From Opitutales bacterium (GTDB taxonomy: Bacteria; Verrucomicrobiota; Verrucomicrobiia; Opitutales; JABSRG01), in NCBI GenBank assembly GCA_049599475.1, contig JBMYOQ010000036.1:1-41789 (forward strand): a DNA stretch of 41,789 bases, in the 5' to 3' direction. Under the pieces are notes generated by a model. The model saw only the letters and a program-made list of their open reading frames with translations. It was not told the origin of the DNA and did no database searches. Of the stretch, positions 1 to 8,634 are shown piece after piece (within the stretch, counting starts at the first letter, position 1; the number at the start of each line of letters is the position of its first letter). Position numbers and translations under genes: made by a program.

Positions 1-52
1 TGGTGCACTTTGACCCGCAAACGAGTGGTGCACTTTAACCCGCAAAATGACA
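1..52. mobile_element. Terminal repeat region of an IS21-family-like insertion sequence (body lies left of the window)
   Basis: Two tandem 21-bp copies TGGTGCACTTT(G/A)ACCCGCAAA at 1-21 and 26-46 (1 mismatch), then ATGACA ending in CA at 52. Multiple subterminal repeats plus a TG...CA terminus are typical of IS21 ends. No transposase is visible in the window. Confidence 0.7.
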
Positions 53-619
53 TATCTGATCTGGAAATATAGCGACCTATACCGAAAGCACCCCGAATTA
101 TATGGCTGTGTCACCTACGTCCATTCAAACTTCGAAAACCATAAGGCTACATTAAAGTGGTCCCACGATTGGCGCTCTCGTGATGACCTTGAAATGTGGA
201 TCTTTCAAAACATAGCCCTAGCTCAAGCGAAGAATCGTAATTTCGAGGAGCTCATCAGTATTCTTAGGAAAGCATACACAATTCTTCCCGACCACACCTA
301 CGGTTGCTTCCTCGTATATTTTTGTCTTTTCGAACCTGACTTAAGTATTGTAAGGAAATATTCGACGCAACTCCGCCGTGTTTCTGAAGATCGACTTGGA
401 AACATATTAAAGGAATACAAAGCATTAGCCGAAGTCCGCATATTAGCCAATGGTCTCGACGGGGCACCTTCCGACCCCCCAAAAGCCATGAAACAGTGGC
501 GCGGAATATTAAAGGACTTCTTCTTTGATTCTTCGGGAATGAGTCGCGCCAGATTGTGGGTGATATTCAAAACTAAATCGCTCATCAAAGAGGATTCCAA
601 AACCTTAATGAACCATTAA
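47..619 (+). pseudogene. Probable 3' remnant of an IS-interrupted hypothetical gene (190-aa ORF)
   Basis: The ATG lies inside the putative IS end (47-49). The frame is open for 190 codons, looks AT-richer than core genes and has no recognisable motif. Confidence 0.45.
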
Positions 620-654
620 TAGCCTAGCACCTCCGACCCCTAGAACATACTCGC

Positions 655-1380
655 TCATTCTGCGAAACAGCGTACTTTCCAATATTGCCAGATGTCACTT
701 AAAGAGACCTCTTCGCTCATTTCAGGTGAATGCTCTTCAGATAAAACGGTATCGGAAATTTCCGGGTAAGGTTGGACGCTGAGCTTCCGATCCTGTGCAG
801 GTCCTAAGCTCAAGGATCCATTACCCGTCATGGTGATCTCCCAGACTCCTGGTTCCAGGGAACGATATACTGCTTTGCCAAACTCAGAAGACTCTCGTTG
901 GCTCCAATCGATTGTTTTTAAATCCCAATCCAATAAGGTTGCTGCTGAGGGAGGTGTATCCGCATCGAATACCCTTCGAATCCACAAGCGATTGTCGAGA
1001 AGCACGTAATCGACATAGATCTCTTTGCTCGGATCGGCATCGATAGACACTTCCTCGATCTGTCCATCGGCGAGTGACATGCGGACCGAGACTTCATTCC
1101 CTTCTGAAACGACAATCTGAGTGAGCGCAGTTTCTTCCATAAGCCGATCGTAGTCGCTGCGCAGAGCCTCGTGATTTTCTGCCAAGGCGCGTAAGCGATC
1201 GGCATAGATTTCTTGCGTCATACGATCACGTGTCCAAGCCAAGCCCGCCCAGACTAAAACAGCGATTAATCCAAGAACTAAGCACTGAAGAACCCAGGAT
1301 TGGCATCGCTCTACGACGCGCAATAGTCGGGACAAGGAAAAGGCCGGACGCCTCCAAGCCGCTGCTTCATCGTCATTCAT
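655..1380 (-). CDS. Hypothetical membrane-anchored protein with coiled coil
   Basis: 241-aa ORF with one N-terminal TM segment (VLQCLVLGLIAVLVWAGLAW), a heptad-like stretch (RLRALAENHEALRSDYDRL) and a beta-rich domain. Confidence 0.75.
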   Translation of the reverse strand: MNDDEAAAWRRPAFSLSRLLRVVERCQSWVLQCLVLGLIAVLVWAGLAWTRDRMTQEIYADRLRALAENHEALRSDYDRLMEETALTQIVVSEGNEVSVRMSLADGQIEEVSIDADPSKEIYVDYVLLDNRLWIRRVFDADTPPSAATLLDWDLKTIDWSQRESSEFGKAVYRSLEPGVWEITMTGNGSLSLGPAQDRKLSVQPYPEISDTVLSEEHSPEMSEEVSLSDIWQYWKVRCFAE

Positions 1381-1702
1381 AAATGAGAATAGGACTTCAG
1401 ACTGTAAGGCTGCCTAAAAGATCCGTAAAGGCTGTTTCCTTTCGTTCATTTAGACACTTCTCGACTCGAGCGCACAAGCTGATCCAGATAAAACCCTATT
1501 TCCGGGCGGCGTATGATCACCAGAGGTTGATCCGTTATACACCGATCAATCGCAGCTCATACCACACTACGCGTGTGCGTAGATAGCCCCTCATTAAATT
1601 GACCCGCGCTAAAGCATATAGCATGAGGGATGCACCCTTAGTCCGAAATCCCCTTTCTCACGTTTCGGTGCCCCCACTCAACCCGTACGCCCTTTTACCC
1701 CG

Positions 1703-4700
1703 ATGCTTACCTTGAAATTTGCTGTTTGCACCCTTGTAGCGACTGTTTTGACGAGCAAAGCCCTCATCGCGACTACCCTGCCTATTAGAATCAACACCTG
1801 GGACGGCAAACCTGAGTCGCGGGAGATCACGGTCCGACCTGACGCGCCAGCAGATCGAATATACCTACAAGTGCATGGCCTTCGCTTTGGTGGACAGATG
1901 TCAGTGAAAATTAATGACAATGACTGGCTAAACGTCTACAACGACACCGTCGAGCTTCACCCAAACGAGGAAAAGCTCTTAGGCATCGGAGGCACTTATT
2001 CGACGATTCGGTACTACATTCCAGGCTCAGACCTGACACCAGGGCAAAGCAATCGCCTTACATTTCGCCTTAATGGTACCGACGGATTCACAACAGGTAT
2101 TCGAATTATCGATATCGATTTATTGGACGATCAGGGTGATTCCGTATTGCCGGTGTCTACCTTTTTGGAAGAGGACCCGACAAAATGGACCGCCCCTTAC
2201 TCTCCAGATCAATTCGACGGTGCTGAAAAAATTGAACAAGGGGGCCAGCTCTGGGCGAAGCGGGACATTTTGTTCGAAAATTTTCTGACAAAAACTCCTA
2301 TCCGCGCCTCGTGTGCTGACTGCCATTTCGATGACGGAAGCGATCTAAAATATTTCAATTTTGCAAACGAGACGATCATCTCACGCGCGCGCTTTCACGG
2401 CCTCTCCGAAGAACAAGGAAAACGAATAGCTAGCTATATCCGCAGCATCGACTTGCGGCTACCAACCGGGATGGAGCCTCCGGGACGTCCCTGGAACCCT
2501 CCCTACCAACCCGGACCTGGGACCGATTATGAACCGGGCGCCACCCAACACCAAATCGCAGTAGCCGGCGCTTCATGGCTCGCCGGCAGAGGCTTAGAAG
2601 CAGTCAAAGACTCAGATCAGGAAGTCTTTGAAACCATATTTCCCCAGGGCGCAGACTACGGAACTGTCGCCGAATGGATGGACACCCTGGCGACACTCAG
2701 CATTCGCGAGATGCCCCTAACAATCCAATTACCGGACTGGAACCAGTGGCTACCCCGCGTTGCACCGATTGACATGTGGCCCGATGACCTGCTGCTGCGA
2801 GACGTCCGCGTAGCACAGGGCGACCCCAATGACACTACCGTCAATCCACCTATTGACCTAGACAAATTCTCTGATCCAGACATTCCACTTTGGCAAGGAC
2901 CTGAAGACCTCCGAGATTCCTTGAAGGGAGAGCTAGACCAATACGGGCCGAGAGGACTCGCGCGACAGGGTGAACTCAACCTCTCATTCGGTCGTTTCAA
3001 CATGGATATCGTGGATCATTGGTACGGTTATTTCCGATCCTCTGCAGAGTCCAATGATGAGCTTTGGCAGGCAGCGCAGCAACATAGCGATGTGACCTAT
3101 GATGAAATGCGTATGGGTATTTTAAAGTGGAGATTGGTCAAGGGAACAGAGCTAATTCGCAGCTATCAACTAGAGACTATTCAAGAAGAACCCGTTGGCC
3201 TTTTTGGTCCAGAAACCTCGCCCAACTATACACCGGAACCGCTGAACTATCCAAGCCATGGCCCTAGGTCTGCAGCCTGGGCCATCGCCCCACATATTTC
3301 GGCAAATAATCGAAAGTATTTCGAGCAACAGGAACACCGTCACGGCAAAACCATGTCGAACCAGTGGTACTTGCTGCAACAAGTCCTAAACGCAGGGTCG
3401 CGCAAATCAGGAGGCATGAACGATCCGGTCGACTGGGACTATTTGAAATTACATATGCAACAAGCCGGATATTTCACCGGTCACGACTTTTCTATGACAC
3501 GTCTCTTCAACCACATCAAAATGGCTCAGAGCAGACGCATAGGAGTTGGCATCACCAAAGATGGCTTTTCCATGCGGACCATGTCTCCAAATTTCTTCTA
3601 CGCAGAAGTGGAACCGCGTTGGGATATTTACAAAAGCTTGAACTACATTGAGCCCCGCATGTTTGACCGGTTTTTTGAAGAATATTTATATGAGTTTATA
3701 GACATCATGGGCCAGTATGATACGACTACGATGGAGCGTTCGGACTACTGGCAAAGTAATCCGATTTACGAAAATCGACAGCATTTCATCAATGCTGCCG
3801 ACAATATCCCCTCCCCATGGAAGAAAGGGACCTCGAGTTACTTTTTGCGGCCAAATGAAAATTTCCTTACGAGCACCTACCGCCTCATCCCCCTCCTCCT
3901 TGAAGACGACATCAACCCCGCGGTTGTTGAGGATCTCTTAGACTGGTTAAAATTTGCTTACCCAAAGCATTCTCTTTGGGACAATCCTCCCTTAGAAGTC
4001 AGTGACCCTGATGGCGACGGAGTGATAGATTTCCCAACGGTTCCCTACTGGGACGAATACGTGGATCCTTCAAAGAACTACATTTTCTTGGAAAATTTTG
4101 AATCCGGTACTGTGGATGAATCCTACAGTGGAGTGACATTCATCGAAACCAAGGATTCCGCGACCTATACTCACCTCGACACTGCGCCTAGGGGAAGCGG
4201 GGGGCGCTATGTAGGACGCCGCGGTATCAGCGCTGATGCCAATTCAGACAGGATACGAAATAGCCACCTCAACCAGCTGTCGATCAATGTATCCCCAGGG
4301 CAAAGCCTGCGTGTATCGATGCGGACTGCCTTTCGCGTCCTAGACGATGATCCCACGGGCGAGAATGTACGGACTCTCATGCGCATCACCTTCGATCAAG
4401 GAGGCACAATCGAAGGGGAATCGATCGAGATGAACCCGAGCCTATTCAATGATAAATTTCAGACCTATGCATCAGAAATCACGGTACCAGCGAATGCTAG
4501 TAGAATCACAAATGTCCATTTGCGCTGGATCCGATCAGCTGGAGGCACATCGCACTCAAACGTCTTCTTCGATAATATTCTAATACAGAATTTGGACTTG
4601 GATCCCAACGCATGGCTGACCAGCGATCAGGTACCAAATGTCAAGAATCTGACCCCCAGCCAAAGCATGCATCGTATTTTGGTTCGATGGGATCGCCCGG

Positions 4701-6364
4701 TGAATCGAGAAAATATAAAGGGCTATAGAATCTATCGTTGGGAGGAAAAAGCAGATCCGAATGATAATTCTGAGGAAATTTCGATTACGCGTGCGCCAAT
4801 CTGGCCCGGGGACCGTGAGTATCAAGACCAGATGATAACCCCCGGGGTCACCTACCGATACCGCGTAAGTGCCATCGGTGTGAATGGCGATGAACTGGCG
4901 GATACTAGCAGGCATGTGGGCGGTAGCCTAGACGGCAGCGTACCGAATATTCCGATGCGCCATCAATACCTCGAGGAGCTGGACAACGGTGGCGTGCGCC
5001 TAGCATGGTTTGGAGTTCCCAACTTGGACATCTTGGGGTACCGCGTCTTCAGGCGTCCTCTTGGCAATACCAATTGGGAACGCTTGAGCGGACATTATAT
5101 CACAGATCTAACCTTTGATGATGTCACAGCGGATCCCAGTGTTGTGTATGAGTATTACATGAGCCCATACACTGCATCCGCTGGCGCATTTCCCAATCAA
5201 CAAAACAGCCTCATCTTCGACCCCTACGAAACGGCAGCCCAACGGGCTAACGACACAGACCTCGTCGCATACATTGATTTCGATGGAGGAGTCAGTGACG
5301 CACTCGGCAACCTCACCCTTTTTGTAGGAAATCCAGACAATGTGGAACCAGGAGCCGGCGTGAATGGAGACGCCTATCGCATCACACGCCCATTCGAAAA
5401 AGTGGGCATCGGCGATAGCGAGCTGCTGAATACGGGAAGCTATTTCCCGCGCAGGACGATCTCACTGTGGTTTAAACTAGATGCCATCGGTGGACCCCAA
5501 ACAATATTTGAAGAAGGCGGCTTAAAACTGGGCTTTCACATCTACATGATCGACGACACCCTTTACGCTGGAGCCTATCATGTAGACGCGGGATGGGATG
5601 GCACCTGGCGCAAAGTCTCGGGAGTCACTGCTGGTGAATGGCACCATGTCGCCCTAGTTCTCGATGCTGATTTTAGCCCAGATGTTGTCGCAGAAGATCA
5701 ACTATTTGCTTATTTGAACGGAATTGAATTCGACCCGACCAACAGCGCGGCAATGGCCTTAGGAAGGCACAATAACGACGCCGGCATTGGTGGGATCCAA
5801 TCGGAAACGCTCACCCATGACGGCTCAGCACCCGCAAACATGGTCGGCCTCGTCGACGAATTCGCCGTGTGGAACCGCGCTCTTAGCCACGCCGAGATTG
5901 CCTCATTAGCAGGACAGCAGATCAATTACACTCTGGATTCCTTCCGAAGCCGCTACTTGCTAGCATCCGACGGTTCGGATGACTACAAGGACTGGTCGGG
6001 CAACGGCCTCGCGAATATAACCTATTACTTTTTCGGTTTAGGCGATCCCCGACAAGCCCATTTGCCTAGTCTGGAGCGAGGCACCTACCCAGCGGCCGGG
6101 CTACCGATCATCGAAGTAGGTTCAGGTATCGGCGATTTCAACTTCAGCTACGTGCGCAATAAACATCAAAGCGCCTACGACTACATCCTGCAATACAGCA
6201 GCAATTTGGAATCGTGGAACGACATTGATACGCTCGCCCCGGAGTATCAGCCGATCTCCAGTTCGCTCATCGAAGATATCGACAGCACCTACGAAATTGT
6301 CACGGAGGACCTCAATTTTGCGGACTCAAGCGGATACTTTCGGATTGAGGTTCGCTCTCGGTAA
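1703..6364 (+). CDS. Large secreted multidomain protein: c-type heme motif, CBM-like sandwich, 2x FN3, LamG/ConA-like domain, C-terminal sorting-like domain
   Basis: Signal-peptide-like N-terminus; CADCH (aa 204-208); DPDGDG Ca-binding-like motif; FN3 signatures (VRW...GYRIYR...YRYRVSA and LAW...GYRVFRR...YEYY); LamG signatures (TISLWFK, WHHVALV, DEFAVWNRALS); C-terminus LQYSSNLESW...YFRIEV. Confidence 0.85.
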   Translation: MLTLKFAVCTLVATVLTSKALIATTLPIRINTWDGKPESREITVRPDAPADRIYLQVHGLRFGGQMSVKINDNDWLNVYNDTVELHPNEEKLLGIGGTYSTIRYYIPGSDLTPGQSNRLTFRLNGTDGFTTGIRIIDIDLLDDQGDSVLPVSTFLEEDPTKWTAPYSPDQFDGAEKIEQGGQLWAKRDILFENFLTKTPIRASCADCHFDDGSDLKYFNFANETIISRARFHGLSEEQGKRIASYIRSIDLRLPTGMEPPGRPWNPPYQPGPGTDYEPGATQHQIAVAGASWLAGRGLEAVKDSDQEVFETIFPQGADYGTVAEWMDTLATLSIREMPLTIQLPDWNQWLPRVAPIDMWPDDLLLRDVRVAQGDPNDTTVNPPIDLDKFSDPDIPLWQGPEDLRDSLKGELDQYGPRGLARQGELNLSFGRFNMDIVDHWYGYFRSSAESNDELWQAAQQHSDVTYDEMRMGILKWRLVKGTELIRSYQLETIQEEPVGLFGPETSPNYTPEPLNYPSHGPRSAAWAIAPHISANNRKYFEQQEHRHGKTMSNQWYLLQQVLNAGSRKSGGMNDPVDWDYLKLHMQQAGYFTGHDFSMTRLFNHIKMAQSRRIGVGITKDGFSMRTMSPNFFYAEVEPRWDIYKSLNYIEPRMFDRFFEEYLYEFIDIMGQYDTTTMERSDYWQSNPIYENRQHFINAADNIPSPWKKGTSSYFLRPNENFLTSTYRLIPLLLEDDINPAVVEDLLDWLKFAYPKHSLWDNPPLEVSDPDGDGVIDFPTVPYWDEYVDPSKNYIFLENFESGTVDESYSGVTFIETKDSATYTHLDTAPRGSGGRYVGRRGISADANSDRIRNSHLNQLSINVSPGQSLRVSMRTAFRVLDDDPTGENVRTLMRITFDQGGTIEGESIEMNPSLFNDKFQTYASEITVPANASRITNVHLRWIRSAGGTSHSNVFFDNILIQNLDLDPNAWLTSDQVPNVKNLTPSQSMHRILVRWDRPVNRENIKGYRIYRWEEKADPNDNSEEISITRAPIWPGDREYQDQMITPGVTYRYRVSAIGVNGDELADTSRHVGGSLDGSVPNIPMRHQYLEELDNGGVRLAWFGVPNLDILGYRVFRRPLGNTNWERLSGHYITDLTFDDVTADPSVVYEYYMSPYTASAGAFPNQQNSLIFDPYETAAQRANDTDLVAYIDFDGGVSDALGNLTLFVGNPDNVEPGAGVNGDAYRITRPFEKVGIGDSELLNTGSYFPRRTISLWFKLDAIGGPQTIFEEGGLKLGFHIYMIDDTLYAGAYHVDAGWDGTWRKVSGVTAGEWHHVALVLDADFSPDVVAEDQLFAYLNGIEFDPTNSAAMALGRHNNDAGIGGIQSETLTHDGSAPANMVGLVDEFAVWNRALSHAEIASLAGQQINYTLDSFRSRYLLASDGSDDYKDWSGNGLANITYYFFGLGDPRQAHLPSLERGTYPAAGLPIIEVGSGIGDFNFSYVRNKHQSAYDYILQYSSNLESWNDIDTLAPEYQPISSSLIEDIDSTYEIVTEDLNFADSSGYFRIEVRSR

Positions 6365-6409
6365 ATCGCTCATTTACCCGAGGGGCTGATATCCGAATAC
6401 ATTGCGCCT

Positions 6410-6955
6410 TCAGGACTTCCAGCGATCCGCGGTCATGCCATAGACATTGGAATCTACGTATTTATCATAGAGCCATTCGGCCTGCTCTAAGGTGCCTTCT
6501 AGTTTGAATCCCAAACGCAAGGGGATGGCCTGGCTTGCCTTATTTTCGGGATGGGTCCGAATTTCGATACGATTGAGATGCAAGTCTTCGTAAGCGTGAT
6601 TAATCAACGCTTTCACGGTCCGCGTCATGAGCCCTTTGCCTTGGAATCGTTTACCGAGCCAGTAACCAATCGTCGCACTCCGATTTGCTTTGTTAATATC
6701 AAAGAGACTGCAGATGCCGGCGAATTCCCCCTCATCCCAAATGGTCACATGGATTTTGCGGCCCTCAAACATGAGTTTGCTCTCCGCGCTGATGAAGCGT
6801 CGCGTATCCTCGACGCCCTTCACGTGATCCACCCAGGGCAGAAATTCCCGCAGGTAGCGCCGCGAGCGCTCTGTCTCTAGAAATATTGCGGAGGCATCGC
6901 CTAAGTCGAGTGGAGTAATGAAGGCATCTTCTCCTATCGGAACGGTAAATCTCAT
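6410..6955 (-). CDS. RimJ/RimL-family GNAT N-acetyltransferase
   Basis: YLREFLPWV, IGYWLGKRFQGKGLMT, LNRIEI, N-x-AS-x-AIP-x-RLGF-x-LEG motifs. Confidence 0.92.
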   Translation of the reverse strand: MRFTVPIGEDAFITPLDLGDASAIFLETERSRRYLREFLPWVDHVKGVEDTRRFISAESKLMFEGRKIHVTIWDEGEFAGICSLFDINKANRSATIGYWLGKRFQGKGLMTRTVKALINHAYEDLHLNRIEIRTHPENKASQAIPLRLGFKLEGTLEQAEWLYDKYVDSNVYGMTADRWKS

Positions 6956-7049
6956 GGAAACAATGGTGAAGGGTCAGCCACTCGAAGCCTGGAGCAGCGT
7001 GTTTATGAATGAAAACTCTCAACATCTACGGTATTCCGTCGAGTTATTA

Positions 7050-8198
7050 ATGAGAATGCTTACTCATTCGGCTCCGCCTATCTCTCCCGATACCGATACC
7101 TACACAGGTAGCGTCGTCAGCGGCTGGCAAGAGGTCACCGCGCTCCAAGACGAAGTCGAGGCCATGGATTTGAGTTCTGGCCTGCGCAATGTCTTTTTCA
7201 GTCCGACCTGGACCAATGCTTGGTTTAAAACACTTGGGCCCGGCAAAGGACAAAATCAGCTCGGGGGGAAGGCCATCGCCATCACCTGCCGCGATTCCGA
7301 AGGAGGGCTCGTCGGCTACTGGCCCTTTTTCCAGGTCCCAGGTATTCGGAAGCCTGGATTATGGCCCTTCGCATGCCAATCAGCGGACTGGTTTGAGCCA
7401 CTCGTCACGACCACCGATACGGACGTCCTGAAAGTGCTTTTTGCTCAGTTTAAGGAACTTTGGAAATCGCACAGTTTCTTATGGTTACCCCTCATGCGTC
7501 AGGATATTTTTCAAGAGCACATTCGCCCCGCGCTGAAAGAAGCCGGCATCTGGTGCCTTGCCCGCAGTCGTAGTGAAAATCTACGAATCGAATTAGTCGA
7601 GGGTCTCGATTTTGAGACATTTTCCAAAGACACCATGGGCTCAAAAACCCGGCAAACCCTTGCTCGAAAACGACGCCGACTCGAGGAGAAGGGCGCTATT
7701 CGCATCGAGACCTACACGGACTACAATAGCGTGAAGCGCATGCTAAATGAGATCGTGCGTATCGAAGATGCCAATTGGAAAGGTCAGAGCGGTCTCGGGC
7801 TTTTTTCCAAAAGCAACATCAAGCAGTTTTACTTCGAAAGCCTACCGCAGCTTGCAGACTCGGGTAACCTGCGCCTAAGCCTTCTTCGATCTGGAAAAAA
7901 AGCAGTCGCCTATGAAATGGCCCTGATACAGGACAAGGATTACTTGATGCACAACTTGGCCTATCATCCCGATTTTGCCTCCTATTCTCCGGGCTTGCTC
8001 CTGCTACTTCACAATATCGAGTGGTGTTTCGAAAACAACTTCCGCACCTATGATTTTATGCAAGGCCCCGATGAATACAAAGCGCGCTTTGCCAATTTTC
8101 ACCAACCCCTCTTAGACGTCGCCCTTTTTTCCAAGGGCCCCGCAGGCGCCGCTCATTATGCCCTGATGCGTTTCATGGGGAAATCCTCCGCAAAATAA
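7050..8198 (+). CDS. CelD/BcsL-like GNAT family acetyltransferase
   Basis: FFSPTW, K-x-RQTLARKRRRLE, AYHPDFASYSPGLLLL, YDFMQG-x-DEYK-x-RF. Start moved downstream of the ORF-track start (6918), which overlaps the divergent gene; exact start uncertain. Confidence 0.85.
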   Translation: MRMLTHSAPPISPDTDTYTGSVVSGWQEVTALQDEVEAMDLSSGLRNVFFSPTWTNAWFKTLGPGKGQNQLGGKAIAITCRDSEGGLVGYWPFFQVPGIRKPGLWPFACQSADWFEPLVTTTDTDVLKVLFAQFKELWKSHSFLWLPLMRQDIFQEHIRPALKEAGIWCLARSRSENLRIELVEGLDFETFSKDTMGSKTRQTLARKRRRLEEKGAIRIETYTDYNSVKRMLNEIVRIEDANWKGQSGLGLFSKSNIKQFYFESLPQLADSGNLRLSLLRSGKKAVAYEMALIQDKDYLMHNLAYHPDFASYSPGLLLLLHNIEWCFENNFRTYDFMQGPDEYKARFANFHQPLLDVALFSKGPAGAAHYALMRFMGKSSAK

Positions 8199-8206
8199 GG
8201 TATTCA

Positions 8207-8521
8207 ATGAATTTTGAAGTCATTCGCGATCATGATTCCGCCAAGATTGGCCTATACAAAAGTGTATTGGAGAATGAAGGTATTCAAGTGATCGTGAAAA
8301 ACTGGGAATGCTCCAATATCACCGAAGTGCCCATACCCGCGCTCTATCCCACAATCTTTGTTCACACCGAGGAAGACCTCATCAAAGCACGTGATATTCT
8401 GAATACAGCTAGTTTTGAAACAGAAGAACGCTTCGAATCATGGGAATGCAAAAAATGCGGAGAAACCGTAGACGGCGGATTCGCTCAATGCTGGAAATGT
8501 GATGAGATTCTGGAAAGCTGA
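8207..8521 (+). CDS. DUF2007-like putative signal-transducing protein with C-terminal zinc ribbon
   Basis: KSVLENEGI..V.N N-terminal motif; WECKKCGE...FAQCWKC (two CxxC pairs). Confidence 0.8.
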   Translation: MNFEVIRDHDSAKIGLYKSVLENEGIQVIVKNWECSNITEVPIPALYPTIFVHTEEDLIKARDILNTASFETEERFESWECKKCGETVDGGFAQCWKCDEILES

Positions 8522-8634
8522 TGTTACCCTTTCTCAAAATTATTTTCGCAAACAAATGGTAGGGCGAACTGTCTCGGTGAGCCGACCGAGGGCATAGCAA
8601 AGGCTTAAATGAAGCGGCTCACCGAGACGGTTCT

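Noticed and set aside
1..46. Two 21-bp direct repeats as a CRISPR remnant
   Set aside because: The spacer is only 4 nt and there are no cas genes; the pattern fits an IS end better.
1527..1549. FNR box upstream of the heme protein
   Set aside because: TTGAT and ATCAA are 13 nt apart, not the required 4.
1383..1586. 67-aa ORF
   Set aside because: It starts 2 bp from a divergent gene, has no protein-like features and occupies a probable promoter region.
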